In this document: one piece after another, positions 43,474 to 53,264 of the stretch
Layout: each line of letters opens with the position of its first letter
How positions within the stretch are numbered: position 1 is the first letter of the stretch
Notes under the pieces: generated by a model
What the model saw: only the letters and a program-made list of their open reading frames with translations
Databases searched by the model: none
Told to the model about the DNA's origin: nothing
Made by a program: the position numbers and the translations under genes
Assembly: GCA_035302925.1 (NCBI GenBank)
Contig: DATGSG010000123.1
Span: 11,655-75,654 of the forward strand
Reading direction: 5' to 3'
DNA length: 64,000 bases
DNA from: Virgibacillus sp.
GTDB taxonomy: Bacteria > Bacillota > Bacilli > Bacillales > Amphibacillaceae

Positions 43474-43569
43474 CTTACCTCACCCTCACCTTAATAAATT
43501 TAGTCCTAATTCGATGAGATATAGATATTCATATATTCAACTCATTTCAATTATAACTTTCCAAAATTG

Positions 43570-43647
43570 TTTTACGCATATTTAAAAATATGCTTTGACG
43601 CACTTTTAAAAAAAGTGCTTTGACACACATTTAAAAAAGTGCTTTAC
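43570..43647. repeat. Three tandem 24-25-bp palindromic units
   Basis: TTT(T/G)AC-GCA(T/C)(A/T)TTT-A(n)-(TA/AG)TGC units, cores at 43576, 43600, 43625. Confidence 0.85.
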
Positions 43648-43698
43648 TAAATCTTCTGATTTATCATGAAAAGAGGGAGTGGTCACACCCTCTGATAT

Positions 43699-43735
43699 AA
43701 AAAAACTTTGCCACTTTATTTGACGGCAAAGTTTT
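43699..43735 (-). terminator. Terminator after ylaN
   Basis: AAAACTTTGCC/GGCAAAGTTTT stem + T-run. Confidence 0.7.
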
Positions 43736-43784
43736 GCAAAAAGTGTTACACCATAGCGATGTGAAATGTTTTAATCTACAAGGG

Positions 43785-44069
43785 CTACATAGATTGTTGA
43801 GCTGTTTCGTGCAGTATATTAAGTTGTCTCTCTAAACTTCCAATTAGATCCTTACCTTCAATCTCGCTGATTAAGTTCAAACGAATTGCAAAATCAATTT
43901 CCCTTGAGAGTCCAAACATTTGCGTATCTAAAACCTCTTCATATAAAGGACATTGTGGCATCGTTAAATTCTTTATTTGAACTTCTATTAAACGTAATAT
44001 TTTATCCGCATCAGCTTTAAGAAGGGCGTAAGCTTTTTCACGATGATCGATCGTAATTTCAGGCATCAA
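43785..44069 (-). CDS. ylaN: UPF0358 protein YlaN
   Basis: [33 protein letters not shown]. Confidence 0.93.
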   Translation of the reverse strand: MMPEITIDHREKAYALLKADADKILRLIEVQIKNLTMPQCPLYEEVLDTQMFGLSREIDFAIRLNLISEIEGKDLIGSLERQLNILHETAQQSM

Positions 44070-44367
44070 ATGTTCCCCTCCTCAAAAAGGACTTTCTACT
44101 AGTTTATACTATCGTTTGAGAGCGGAAATTGCAACTATAATTGATAACCTTCCCGCAGATTTTTGTCTATTTACGTACAAAACAACGAAACGTAAGGAAG
44201 ATTTATGCTATTCATCCCCTTTATTTCAACACAAGGTATTCTATATAGCCTTTATCATCCTTCTGCAGACTTAATTTTTCAATAAACATACATTTAATTC
44301 TAATTTCGTGAAATATAATGATTTGTCTGTTATTCTAAGTTGAGATTACTGTTGAGAGGTGAACATT

Positions 44368-44862
44368 TTGATTGTACAATTGGCTGGTAAAGTTGGATAT
44401 CCAATAACGCTAGACCCTACGGTTTGGATATTTGATGATCGAAAAATTTTATTTGAAGAAGCATTTATTAAAAAAGATGAGTCTGCAAGTACATACGAAG
44501 TAAATGAGCTAGACGAAGCTGCAGAAAGATGGAATCGCGCGATCCATTTAAATGAGGCTAGACCACCTGTTAATAAAAGCATTACCCGGTTTGAACGTGA
44601 AAAAATCTTGAAGAATTCTTATGTTATGCCCATCCATGAATTTTTAGCGCATGCCGAGATAGCAGATGATGCAAAGGATGTTATATTAATAACAGCAGAT
44701 GGAGATGTTCGGATATCGTTGGAACAATTACTTGACTGTTATTTATTGTTTTCTATTAAAGGAAAACCATTAAAAGAAAATGGACCGGTTCATTTGTACT
44801 TTAGAGATGGATCAAACCATAAAACACCGATTACAAGTGTTAATAAAATAGTGATCAACTAG
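44368..44862 (+). CDS. ylaL: YlaL-like conserved protein
   Basis: PITLDPTVWIFDDRK, GPVHLYFRDGSN; synteny. Confidence 0.65.
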   Translation: MIVQLAGKVGYPITLDPTVWIFDDRKILFEEAFIKKDESASTYEVNELDEAAERWNRAIHLNEARPPVNKSITRFEREKILKNSYVMPIHEFLAHAEIADDAKDVILITADGDVRISLEQLLDCYLLFSIKGKPLKENGPVHLYFRDGSNHKTPITSVNKIVIN

Positions 44863-44883
44863 CAAGACATCTTCACGCTTCAT

Positions 44884-44922
44884 AAAAAGCTGTTATGGGA
44901 TAAATTCCATAACAGCTTTTTT
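44884..44922 (+). terminator. Terminator after ylaL
   Basis: AAAAAGCTGTTATGG/CCATAACAGCTTTTT. Confidence 0.8.
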
Positions 44923-45016
44923 GTATAATATATTCATTTAAATCCACAATATAAATAGAAACCTTTTCCGATTGAATGAAATTCATTAGATTGAATAAAA
45001 TAAGGAGAAATGCCAA

Positions 45017-45616
45017 ATGAAGTTTCGTTTATATGGATTATGCCTACTCATAATTTTAATCTTTGCAGCTTGTCAACAAAATGAAAAGGAAGAATCAGCA
45101 CCTAATCGTCAAAATGAAGACCAATTTATGCAAATCGAAAATTCTCAGCCGAATCAGAATCCACCAATAGAAAATGATCAAATCTCCAATCACTTAGCTG
45201 ATGTTGCAAATAATGTCCCTAACGTAAATAATGCTACAGCGATCGTTGCCGGTCCATATGCAGTCGTTGCCATTGATGTCGATAAAGAGTTAGACCGATC
45301 TCGAGTGGGCACGATAAAGTATTCTGTATCTGAAGCATTACAACATGATCCATACGGAAAAACAGCTGTTGTAGTTGCTGATGCTGATGCTACGGAAAGA
45401 ATTCGTTCAATGACTCGGAAAATGCAAGATGGTTATCCAGTGCAAGGAATAATTGACGAACTCTCAGCAATTGTCGGTCGGTATATGCCGGATTTTCCCA
45501 TTAATGAAAATAAACCAGAAGAATCAGATCAAAATAAAGAGATCATTCCTGAGAAAGATAAAGACCGACTGGATGATATAGAAAAGGAACAATCCGAAGA
45601 GGAAAATCCTCAATAA
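45017..45616 (+). CDS. ylaJ: YhcN/YlaJ family spore lipoprotein
   Basis: Lipobox FAAC; GPYAVVAIDV, KYSVSEAL, IVGRYMP. Confidence 0.88.
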   Translation: MKFRLYGLCLLIILIFAACQQNEKEESAPNRQNEDQFMQIENSQPNQNPPIENDQISNHLADVANNVPNVNNATAIVAGPYAVVAIDVDKELDRSRVGTIKYSVSEALQHDPYGKTAVVVADADATERIRSMTRKMQDGYPVQGIIDELSAIVGRYMPDFPINENKPEESDQNKEIIPEKDKDRLDDIEKEQSEEENPQ

Positions 45617-45637
45617 AACGGTTTATAAAATAATTAT

Positions 45638-45676
45638 AGCGTCCCCACGTTTTTGATAACGAGAGGACGCTTATTT
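45638..45676. terminator. Hairpin between convergent genes
   Basis: AGCGTCC/GGACGCT stem. Confidence 0.55.
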
Positions 45677-45691
45677 AATACCCATCATTTA

Positions 45692-46000
45692 TTAAAGATC
45701 TTTGTTGTGATCCGCATTTTCATCCATAACCTCATTGTAATAATTTACGCCAAACTGTGATCCCTCGGAGACCATTTTTGAATTCTCAAATTGTGCTAAG
45801 TCTTGATGATCGACTTGATCTGGTATACCAGCATCCTCTAATAATGAATGATGTTTTTCATGACTTCCTGTAAAACTTGCTATACACTGTTCTACCTTCT
45901 CTTTTATCTGAGTTCTACTCTCTTTATCTTTAAGCAAATAACCTGCAATTGCACCAGCACCTATCGCTCCAATTGTAGAGATCATATAGCGTTTTTTCAT
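45692..46000 (-). CDS. Hypothetical membrane-anchored protein
   Basis: AGGAGG RBS; Gly/Ala-rich N-terminal TM; ENSKMVSEGSQFGVNYYN segment. Confidence 0.75.
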   Translation of the reverse strand: MKKRYMISTIGAIGAGAIAGYLLKDKESRTQIKEKVEQCIASFTGSHEKHHSLLEDAGIPDQVDHQDLAQFENSKMVSEGSQFGVNYYNEVMDENADHNKDL

Positions 46001-46131
46001 CTAACCATCCCTCCTATACATCCATATTCATATTGTTCCCCATTTTGGCAAGGTAAAACCTAAAGAATATACAGATCGGTAATGGCTATGTTATAATATG
46101 TTGTAACGAGTAACCACATTGAGGTGACAAG

Positions 46132-46338
46132 ATGCACGTAAAATGTACTTTATGTGACCATGTAGAAGGCATTGAGGATTATTCATTAGAAGCTAAACGA
46201 CTAAGAAATCGTAGAATAAATTTGTACCTATGCAAAAGTTGTAATGACCGAATTGGTGAAAAGACAAATAAACGCCATTCTACAGGTAAGTTTCAATTAT
46301 ATAAAAACAAGCAAAAAGATAATAGTGAATTCATTTAA
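46132..46338 (+). CDS. ylaI: YlaI family (DUF2197) protein
   Basis: VKCTLCD, AKRLRNR, YLCKSC. Confidence 0.88.
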   Translation: MHVKCTLCDHVEGIEDYSLEAKRLRNRRINLYLCKSCNDRIGEKTNKRHSTGKFQLYKNKQKDNSEFI

Positions 46339-46340
46339 CT

Positions 46341-46376
46341 AAAAGGCTCTATTTCAAATTTGAAATAGAGCCTTTT
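46341..46376. terminator. Bidirectional terminator ylaI/ylaH
   Basis: Perfect palindrome AAAAGGCTCTATTTCAAA/TTTGAAATAGAGCCTTTT. Confidence 0.8.
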
Positions 46377-46377
46377 A

Positions 46378-46668
46378 TTATTCTGTCTGATTTGCTTTTC
46401 GTTCATTATGCATGCGAAATCGATAGATGGCTAGTACGAGTACAATCACGACTAAACTTTCAACTGTTGGTAGTTCCGCGATGCCGCTAAACAAAGAAAC
46501 AACCACAGTACCAATCGCTAGTAATATGTAAATAATAACACTTTTCACAACAGGGATTTTTTGTGCAAATCCTAATTTATAGGCAAGAATCAATAATAGG
46601 TAATTTAAAAAGAAAAATATCATAAATACTTGATCTGGAAAATTTTCAACGAGAAATTGATGAACCAT
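46378..46668 (-). CDS. ylaH: YlaH-like membrane protein
   Basis: YKLGFAQKIPVVKS, LAIYRFR. Confidence 0.85.
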   Translation of the reverse strand: MVHQFLVENFPDQVFMIFFFLNYLLLILAYKLGFAQKIPVVKSVIIYILLAIGTVVVSLFSGIAELPTVESLVVIVLVLAIYRFRMHNERKANQTE

Positions 46669-46802
46669 AATGCGCCCCCTAGGGTTATAATTGTTTACTC
46701 CCCTTATCATACTAAATATATCTTATTCGCGCTAGTAATCTTGTTTTTGAATCTCATCGCCTAATGATATATACTATAAGGTGTAAGTCAATGTGAGGTG
46801 AC

Positions 46803-46979
46803 ATGATGAAAAACATTAATTTTCCGATGTTATTATTGGCCATGCTCGTGATTTTCTTGTTCGCTGTGTCAGGTGTAGCAATTGCCTATGGTAATCTCTG
46901 GTTTGTTCTTTTATTTATATTATTAGGGACAGCCACAATGGGCTATGGAATCTCTTTAAAAACAAAAAGCGACTCTTAA
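46803..46979 (+). CDS. ylaF: YlaF-like small membrane protein (58 aa; not in ORF track)
   Basis: Manual translation MMKNINFPMLLLAMLVIFLFAVSGVAIAYGNLWFVLLFILLGTATMGYGISLKTKSDS; GAGGTG RBS; synteny. Confidence 0.78.
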   Translation: MMKNINFPMLLLAMLVIFLFAVSGVAIAYGNLWFVLLFILLGTATMGYGISLKTKSDS

Positions 46980-46986
46980 ATAAGAG

Positions 46987-47796
46987 TCACTTTTTTCCTT
47001 TTTTCAAAAAATCTTGAATAATTATTTGATGGATTGACTGATTACCTGTGACAAGGGAACTTTTCTGTAACATATCGAGCTCCAAACCATCTCGATCAGA
47101 AACCAGCCCGCCTACTTCTTGAACAATAATCTTTCCCGCGGCAATATCCCAAGGAGCTAAATTCATTGCCATATAGCTATCTAGTACACCTTCAGCTACA
47201 TATGCTTGCTCTAAAGCGGCTGATCCCATATTTCGTGTACCCCGGACCGTCTTCACAAAATTAGCCATTACTTTTTCATCCACTAAACCATTCTCACATA
47301 GCCAATAATGATTCAACCCTATAATCGACTCTTCAAGCTTTACGGACGGAGATAAAGGTTGCAATTGAACATCATTTTTATAAGCACCCATTCCTTTTTT
47401 CGCGTAATAAAGCACATCAGCCATTACATCATAAATGATTCCGATCTCCCCTACCCCATCTTGATAAATTCCAACTGAAATAGCGAAATTTCTTTTTTGG
47501 TGGACAAAATTCATTGTTCCATCAATCGGATCAATAATCCACACGGTACCATCGAGGGACGTGATATCATCTCCATATCCCTCCTCACCAAATAGTAAAT
47601 GAGTCGGATAAGACGCTTTCAATTTATTAACAAAGTAGATTTCAGTTTCTTTATCAATCGTTGTTACAAGGTCATTTGGATTCGACTTTGTATCGATATC
47701 CATTGGTTTAAACATGCTCTCTCTAATCTGTTGTCCTGCCTCTAATACCCAGGCCTTTGCCTGTTTAAAAACACTTTCTCGTGTATTTAAATCCAT
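46987..47796 (-). CDS. suhB: Inositol monophosphatase family protein (YktC/SuhB)
   Basis: GEE, WIIDPIDGT, GSAAL, WDIAAG. Confidence 0.88.
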   Translation of the reverse strand: MDLNTRESVFKQAKAWVLEAGQQIRESMFKPMDIDTKSNPNDLVTTIDKETEIYFVNKLKASYPTHLLFGEEGYGDDITSLDGTVWIIDPIDGTMNFVHQKRNFAISVGIYQDGVGEIGIIYDVMADVLYYAKKGMGAYKNDVQLQPLSPSVKLEESIIGLNHYWLCENGLVDEKVMANFVKTVRGTRNMGSAALEQAYVAEGVLDSYMAMNLAPWDIAAGKIIVQEVGGLVSDRDGLELDMLQKSSLVTGNQSIHQIIIQDFLKKGKK

Positions 47797-47919
47797 ATGT
47801 ATGACCCCCATTAATAGTGAACCTTATTATTATAGTACCAAATTAGTCCTCATTCGTCATTTATTAAAAATACCCCAATATAAATTTGAGGCTCATCCTT
47901 TATATTGAGGTATTCCTAT

Positions 47920-48117
47920 TTATAACGTTCTTTTTGTTATTTCTTCCCATTGTAATCGTAATTGCTCTAATCGCTCCTTTGATTTAATTATTTCCACCTT
48001 ATCATCTACCTGAAGTGCATCATGGAGTGTAACCAGTTCATAATCAATCTTAATTCGTATAACCGGAAGTTCTTGCTCTACCTCTCTTTGGCGCAATTCA
48101 TCCAATACATACCTCAC
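47920..48117 (-). CDS. ykzI: YkzI-like general stress protein
   Basis: LPVIRIKIDYELVTLHDA; GTG start after AAGGAG; synteny. Confidence 0.7.
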   Translation of the reverse strand: MRYVLDELRQREVEQELPVIRIKIDYELVTLHDALQVDDKVEIIKSKERLEQLRLQWEEITKRTL

Positions 48118-48253
48118 GTAAACCCACTCCTTCAAGTGATTTCAAATACAATATAGAATAAGCTCCATTATTATCTACTTCTATATTTTTAATATATGTC
48201 GATTTTCTAAGTTGTTTCTTAAAAGAGATAAAGATTGTGCTTATTATTCATTT

Positions 48254-48279
48254 ATTCCCTTTTTTATAATATTTCAAAC
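48254..48279 (-). promoter_or_regulatory. SigB-type promoter for the ykzI-like gene
   Basis: GTTTGA-N14-GGGAAT. Confidence 0.6.
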
Positions 48280-48358
48280 ATAAAGGGATACCGTTTTTTT
48301 TCAAAAACAGCCCATTGGCTGTTAATTTAGATAAAAACAGATGGGCTGCCTCTATTCG

Positions 48359-48628
48359 CTACCTCATTGATATCTTATCTTGTTTTTCATTTCTTGCCTT
48401 TTTAACAGCGTGATAGCTGGAATATGCTGACGACTGCTCAAATTCCGAGAAATAAGAACGTTCCTCATTTTTTGCTGGTACAATCGCTTTAAACCTTCGA
48501 TAAGCAGCTAATAATTCTTTGCGATCAACACTTGACTCATATGCTTGCTCAATCAATGAAAAAAACGTAACCACATCGGTTATTTCTTCGGTCGTCCATG
48601 TTTCCTCAATCGGATAGGAATAAGCCAT
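48359..48628 (-). CDS. yktA: UPF0223 protein YktA
   Basis: YSYPIEETWTTEE, YRRFKAIVP. Confidence 0.88.
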   Translation of the reverse strand: MAYSYPIEETWTTEEITDVVTFFSLIEQAYESSVDRKELLAAYRRFKAIVPAKNEERSYFSEFEQSSAYSSYHAVKKARNEKQDKISMR

Positions 48629-48646
48629 TCCTTCATTCCCCCTTTC

Positions 48647-49603
48647 TTATGACCATCTTTTTCTAATTTGTTCCGCCTCTGAAACAATCGATTGGATCAG
48701 TTCAGCAACGGAAGGAATATCATTAATTCTTGCAGCACCTTGACCCGCCCATCCAAAACCATTATGAGCTTCGCCTTGGTGAATAAACTGTTTATTTGCT
48801 TCTCCACTAATGTGGTTTTTTAGTGATTCATATCCTTTCCCCTGTTTTTCAATCGCCTGAATTTCATCTGTCCAGCTGTTTTGCAACGCTCTTGCCGGTG
48901 CCCCAAGTGAACGTTTAATAACAACTGTCGAGCTCTCATCCGCCTCCAAAATAGCCTGTTTATAGTTTGGATGGGCAGCTACACACTCCTTCGTTGCGAT
49001 GAATCGTGTTCCCATTTCAATTCCTTCGGCACCAAGCGCAAGACTTGCCATCATTCCTTTTCCATCAACGATTCCTCCAGAAGCGATTACTGGAATAGAT
49101 ACATGATCAACAACTTGAGGTGTTAATACAAACGTGCCTAAATCACTACGTCCGATATGTCCTCCACCTTCTTGACCAACGACCATAACGGCATCTGCTC
49201 CTAGTTCTTCTGCCTTTTCCGCCTGTCTTTTCGCAGCCACGAGAACCAATGTCCGGATTCCTTTTCCTTTCACCATATCTAAAACACCTTGGGGATTTCC
49301 ACCTGTTATTGATATCACTGGTACTTGTTCAGAGATCGCTACTTCAACCATCTCTTTATAGGAACGTCTGCTTTGCCCGATTGCAAAATTTACTCCAAAG
49401 GGGTTGGTTGTTAGCGTCTTCACTTTTCGAATCTCCGCTTTTAGAAACTCTGGATCCGCTAGACTCATCGCGGTTATTTGTCCAAGTCCACCAGCATTGG
49501 AAACTGCAGCTGCTAAATCCGCATAGGCTAAATGAGCGAGACCCCCTTGAACGATTGGATACTTAATATCTAATAATTCGGTTACATCTGTTTTCCATCC
49601 CAT
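48647..49603 (-). CDS. Nitronate monooxygenase / FabK-like flavoprotein
   Basis: YPIVQGG, EGGGH, IASGGI, MGTRF. Confidence 0.85.
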   Translation of the reverse strand: MGWKTDVTELLDIKYPIVQGGLAHLAYADLAAAVSNAGGLGQITAMSLADPEFLKAEIRKVKTLTTNPFGVNFAIGQSRRSYKEMVEVAISEQVPVISITGGNPQGVLDMVKGKGIRTLVLVAAKRQAEKAEELGADAVMVVGQEGGGHIGRSDLGTFVLTPQVVDHVSIPVIASGGIVDGKGMMASLALGAEGIEMGTRFIATKECVAAHPNYKQAILEADESSTVVIKRSLGAPARALQNSWTDEIQAIEKQGKGYESLKNHISGEANKQFIHQGEAHNGFGWAGQGAARINDIPSVAELIQSIVSEAEQIRKRWS

Positions 49604-49634
49604 TATACTCTCCCCCTTAAGATTAATTGTATTA

Positions 49635-50444
49635 TTAATTGACATTTTTCGTTTTAATGTCTGCAGGATCGACTATTTCATATCCTTGTTCTCGTAAACC
49701 TGTCACAATATCTGCTAAAGCTGCTGCTGTCCATTCCCGGTCATGCATTAATAAATTCGCCCCATCATCTAATTCCTTCGCATTCAACATAATATCAGTT
49801 AATGCTTCTTTAGACATATATTGTTCTTCCCAATCATAGCCATATGTCCAATTCATTAATTCCATGCCCTCTTCAGCAGCAAGTTCTTTTGAATAATCGG
49901 TATTTTCTCCAAATGGTGCTCTGAAAAACAATGGCCGTTCACCTGTTATTTCTTCGACCATATCGTTGACTTGAACAATTTCTTCTTTTTGTTCTGATTC
50001 TGATAAACTTGGTAAAGATGGATGACTATATGTATGGTTCCCAATCACAAATCCAAGATCATAAATTTCCTTTAAGACTTCTTTTTCTTCCTTTGTTTCT
50101 AAAAAATGACCATTTACAAAGAAGATGGCATTAGCATCCATTTCCTTTAATTGTTGTGCCATTTCAAGTGCATGCTTGTCTGGTGCATCATCAATCGTTA
50201 ACAAAGCCACTTTTTCATTCGCTTTATCGATTGGAACAATTGAAAACATCTCATTTATTTCATATTCAGCTTCTTCAGGCTCTTCTTGACCCTTCTCTGG
50301 TTGTTCTTTCTCTTCTTTCTCTTCCTCATGGACTTGCTCTTCTGCTAATTCCGCGTCATCAGCTCTCTTTTCCGGTTCATTTTGACAAGCTGCTACGATG
50401 ATAAGCAAGAGTAATAAAGGCCCTAAAAGCTTCCGCCGCATCAC
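49635..50444 (-). CDS. Polysaccharide deacetylase lipoprotein (NodB domain)
   Basis: Lipobox VAAC; TIDDAP, NHTYSH, FRAPFG, LLMHD. Confidence 0.88.
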   Translation of the reverse strand: MMRRKLLGPLLLLLIIVAACQNEPEKRADDAELAEEQVHEEEKEEKEQPEKGQEEPEEAEYEINEMFSIVPIDKANEKVALLTIDDAPDKHALEMAQQLKEMDANAIFFVNGHFLETKEEKEVLKEIYDLGFVIGNHTYSHPSLPSLSESEQKEEIVQVNDMVEEITGERPLFFRAPFGENTDYSKELAAEEGMELMNWTYGYDWEEQYMSKEALTDIMLNAKELDDGANLLMHDREWTAAALADIVTGLREQGYEIVDPADIKTKNVN

Positions 50445-50506
50445 TAAAACCTCCTACTCTGAATGAATTTCATAATATATTATTGTAGCATTGATCTTAA
50501 AAAGAG

Positions 50507-50537
50507 AAAAAAGAGCTGTAAGATAGCACAGCTCTTT
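50507..50537 (-). terminator. pdh operon terminator
   Basis: AAAGAGCTGT/ACAGCTCTTT stem + T-run. Confidence 0.78.
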
Positions 50538-50557
50538 CTTTACTTTCATCATTTAGA

Positions 50558-51967
50558 TTACATTGTATGAATCGGTGTTCCTAGCGCTACTTCTGCAGCT
50601 TCCATGGTAATTTCAGCTAATGTTGGATGCGCGTGTATTGTCAGTGCAAGATCTTCCGCAGTCACGCCTGTTTCAATGGCAAGACCAATTTCAGCGATCA
50701 TGTCACTAGCATTCGCTCCAACGATTTGCGCCCCAATAACGAGTCCATCTTCTTCCCTCGTTATCAGATTCATAAATCCGTCACTATCGTTTAGTGATAG
50801 TGCACGACCATTTGCAGCAAATGGGAATTTAGATGATTTCACTTTAAATCCTTTATCTTTTGCTTCTTCTTTCGTGTAACCAACAATTGCAATTTCTGGA
50901 TCTGAAAAGACAACAGCAGGCATTGCTAAGTAATCAATCGCTGACTTCTCTCCACTAATTGCTGCAGCAGCCACCTTGCCTTCATATGATGCTTTATGGG
51001 CAAGTGGTGCACCTTCAACAATATCACCAATCGCATAAATATGATCGACACTCGTACGACATTGTTTATCGATTTTAATCAAGCCTTTATCATCAACTTC
51101 AATTCCAGCTTGCTCTAAACCAATGTCATCCGTGTTTGGTCGACGGCCAACTGTAACCAATACATAATCTGCTTCAACCACTTCTTCTTTACCTTTAGAT
51201 TCATATGTCACTTTTACGCCGTCTTTTGATTCTTCTACACCTTTTGCTTGTGCTTGTGTAATTAATTTCACATTTTTGTTTTTCAAGCGTTTCTTAACAA
51301 CTTGTGTAATTTGCTTTTCATAGCCACCACTTAAAATATCTTTCTCACCTTCAATGATGGTTACTTGAGCTCCTAGATTTGCATATGCAGTACCTAATTC
51401 TAGCCCAATATAACCTCCACCAATAACAACTAACTCTTCCGGCTTTTCTTTCAGGTTTAAAGCGCCTGTCGAGTTAATCACACGGTCAGAGTATGGAATG
51501 CTTGGTATCTCGATTGGAGTTGATCCAGTCGCAATGATACAGTCTTTAAACGTATACGTTTGCGAATCTTTATCATCCATAATTCTAACATTATTTTCAT
51601 CCACGAAATAGACTTCACCTTTGACAATGTCTACTTTATTTCCTTTAAGAAGGCTTTCAACGCCTGATGTCAGTTTATTAACGACAGAGCCTTTCCATTC
51701 CTGTACTTTTGAAAAGTCAACAGTCACATTCTCTGTCGTGATTCCCATTTCTTCTTGACCTTGTGCTTGTTGTGCTAGGTTACCTGCTTGAATCAAAGCC
51801 TTAGACGGAATACAACCAACATTCAAACATACGCCACCTAATGCGCCTTTATCAACAATCGTTACTTTTTGACCTAACTGAGCCGCTCGAATAGCTGCGA
51901 CATAACCGCCAGGTCCAGCACCAACTACTAATGTGTCTACCTCAATTGGGAAATCTCCTACTACCAT
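50558..51967 (-). CDS. pdhD: Dihydrolipoamide dehydrogenase E3
   Basis: [27 protein letters not shown]. Confidence 0.97.
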   Translation of the reverse strand: MVVGDFPIEVDTLVVGAGPGGYVAAIRAAQLGQKVTIVDKGALGGVCLNVGCIPSKALIQAGNLAQQAQGQEEMGITTENVTVDFSKVQEWKGSVVNKLTSGVESLLKGNKVDIVKGEVYFVDENNVRIMDDKDSQTYTFKDCIIATGSTPIEIPSIPYSDRVINSTGALNLKEKPEELVVIGGGYIGLELGTAYANLGAQVTIIEGEKDILSGGYEKQITQVVKKRLKNKNVKLITQAQAKGVEESKDGVKVTYESKGKEEVVEADYVLVTVGRRPNTDDIGLEQAGIEVDDKGLIKIDKQCRTSVDHIYAIGDIVEGAPLAHKASYEGKVAAAAISGEKSAIDYLAMPAVVFSDPEIAIVGYTKEEAKDKGFKVKSSKFPFAANGRALSLNDSDGFMNLITREEDGLVIGAQIVGANASDMIAEIGLAIETGVTAEDLALTIHAHPTLAEITMEAAEVALGTPIHTM

Positions 51968-51972
51968 ATTAC

Positions 51973-53238
51973 CTACGCCTCCATCATAATTAATTGTGGA
52001 TCATTTAATAACCGTTTTATTTGATTTAAAGCTAACTGAGCTGTTGCACCGTCCACAATTCGATGATCGAAACTCAGTGATAATGCAAGTACTGGAGCAA
52101 CTACAATTTCTCCATCACGAACGATCGGTTGTTCCGCAATTCTACCAATTCCTAGAATGGCTGCTTCCGGATAATTTAGAACTGGTGTAAACCATTGTCC
52201 ACCCGCTGAACCGATATTTGTAATTGTACTTGATGCTCCTTGCATCTCTTTACTAGTTAGTCTACCACTACGCGCCTTTTCTGCCAACTCACCAATTTCA
52301 CTTGAGATTGAGAAAATCGACTTCCGGTCCGCATTTTTGACAACTGGGACAAGTAGTCCTTGTTCTGTATCTGCAGCAATACCTACATTATAATAATGCT
52401 TTTGTACAATTTCCTCTGTTTCTTCATCAATATAAGCGTTGAGGATCGGATATTGTTTCAATGCGGATACTAAAGCTTTTACAACATAAGGAAGATACGT
52501 CAGTTTGACATCTTGTTCTGCTGCAATTTCCTTAAACTTCCGACGGTGTGCAACAAGTTCAGTTACATCAACATCATCCATTAACGTAACATGTGGAGCT
52601 TTTGTTTTGGAATTTACCATTGCTTTAGCAATCACTTTACGGATGTTTGTCATCTTCTCACGTGTTTCTACAAATTCACCTTCAGGAATGAAGTCTGTTG
52701 CTTTTGTATCCTCTTCTGTTTCAGTAGCTACTGATTCTGTTGAGTCAGCTTCCTGATCCCCACTCAAGAATTGATCGATATCTTCTCTTAAGATCCGACC
52801 ACTCTTACCTGAACCAGTCACCTCTTGAATTACTACATCATGATCACGAGCATATTTACGTACGGAAGGCATGGCTATTACGCGTTCACCGGAACTTACT
52901 TCCGCCTGTTCTTTAACAGGCTTCGCTTCTTCTGTAGATGTTTCTTGTTTCGCTGGTTCTTCTTCTTTCTCAGGTTCTTCCGAAGGTTCAGCTTCATAGC
53001 CCTCAACATCTAATGTAATAAGTGTATCCCCTACGATAGCTACCGTATCTTCTTCAACATGAATCTTCAATACAGTTCCTTCAACTGGGGACGGGATTTC
53101 TACGACAGCTTTATCATTTTGGATTTCACACAATGTGTCATCCTCTTTAATCTCGTCGCCTTCTTTAACGAACCATTTTAAAATCTCACCCTCATGTATT
53201 CCTTCTCCAATATCGGGTAGTTTAAATTCATATGACAT
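51973..53238 (-). CDS. pdhC: Dihydrolipoamide acetyltransferase E2
   Basis: Lipoyl QNDKA, DHRIVDG. Confidence 0.96.
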   Translation of the reverse strand: MSYEFKLPDIGEGIHEGEILKWFVKEGDEIKEDDTLCEIQNDKAVVEIPSPVEGTVLKIHVEEDTVAIVGDTLITLDVEGYEAEPSEEPEKEEEPAKQETSTEEAKPVKEQAEVSSGERVIAMPSVRKYARDHDVVIQEVTGSGKSGRILREDIDQFLSGDQEADSTESVATETEEDTKATDFIPEGEFVETREKMTNIRKVIAKAMVNSKTKAPHVTLMDDVDVTELVAHRRKFKEIAAEQDVKLTYLPYVVKALVSALKQYPILNAYIDEETEEIVQKHYYNVGIAADTEQGLLVPVVKNADRKSIFSISSEIGELAEKARSGRLTSKEMQGASSTITNIGSAGGQWFTPVLNYPEAAILGIGRIAEQPIVRDGEIVVAPVLALSLSFDHRIVDGATAQLALNQIKRLLNDPQLIMMEA

Positions 53239-53264
53239 TGATTATTACCTCCTATACCTTCAGT

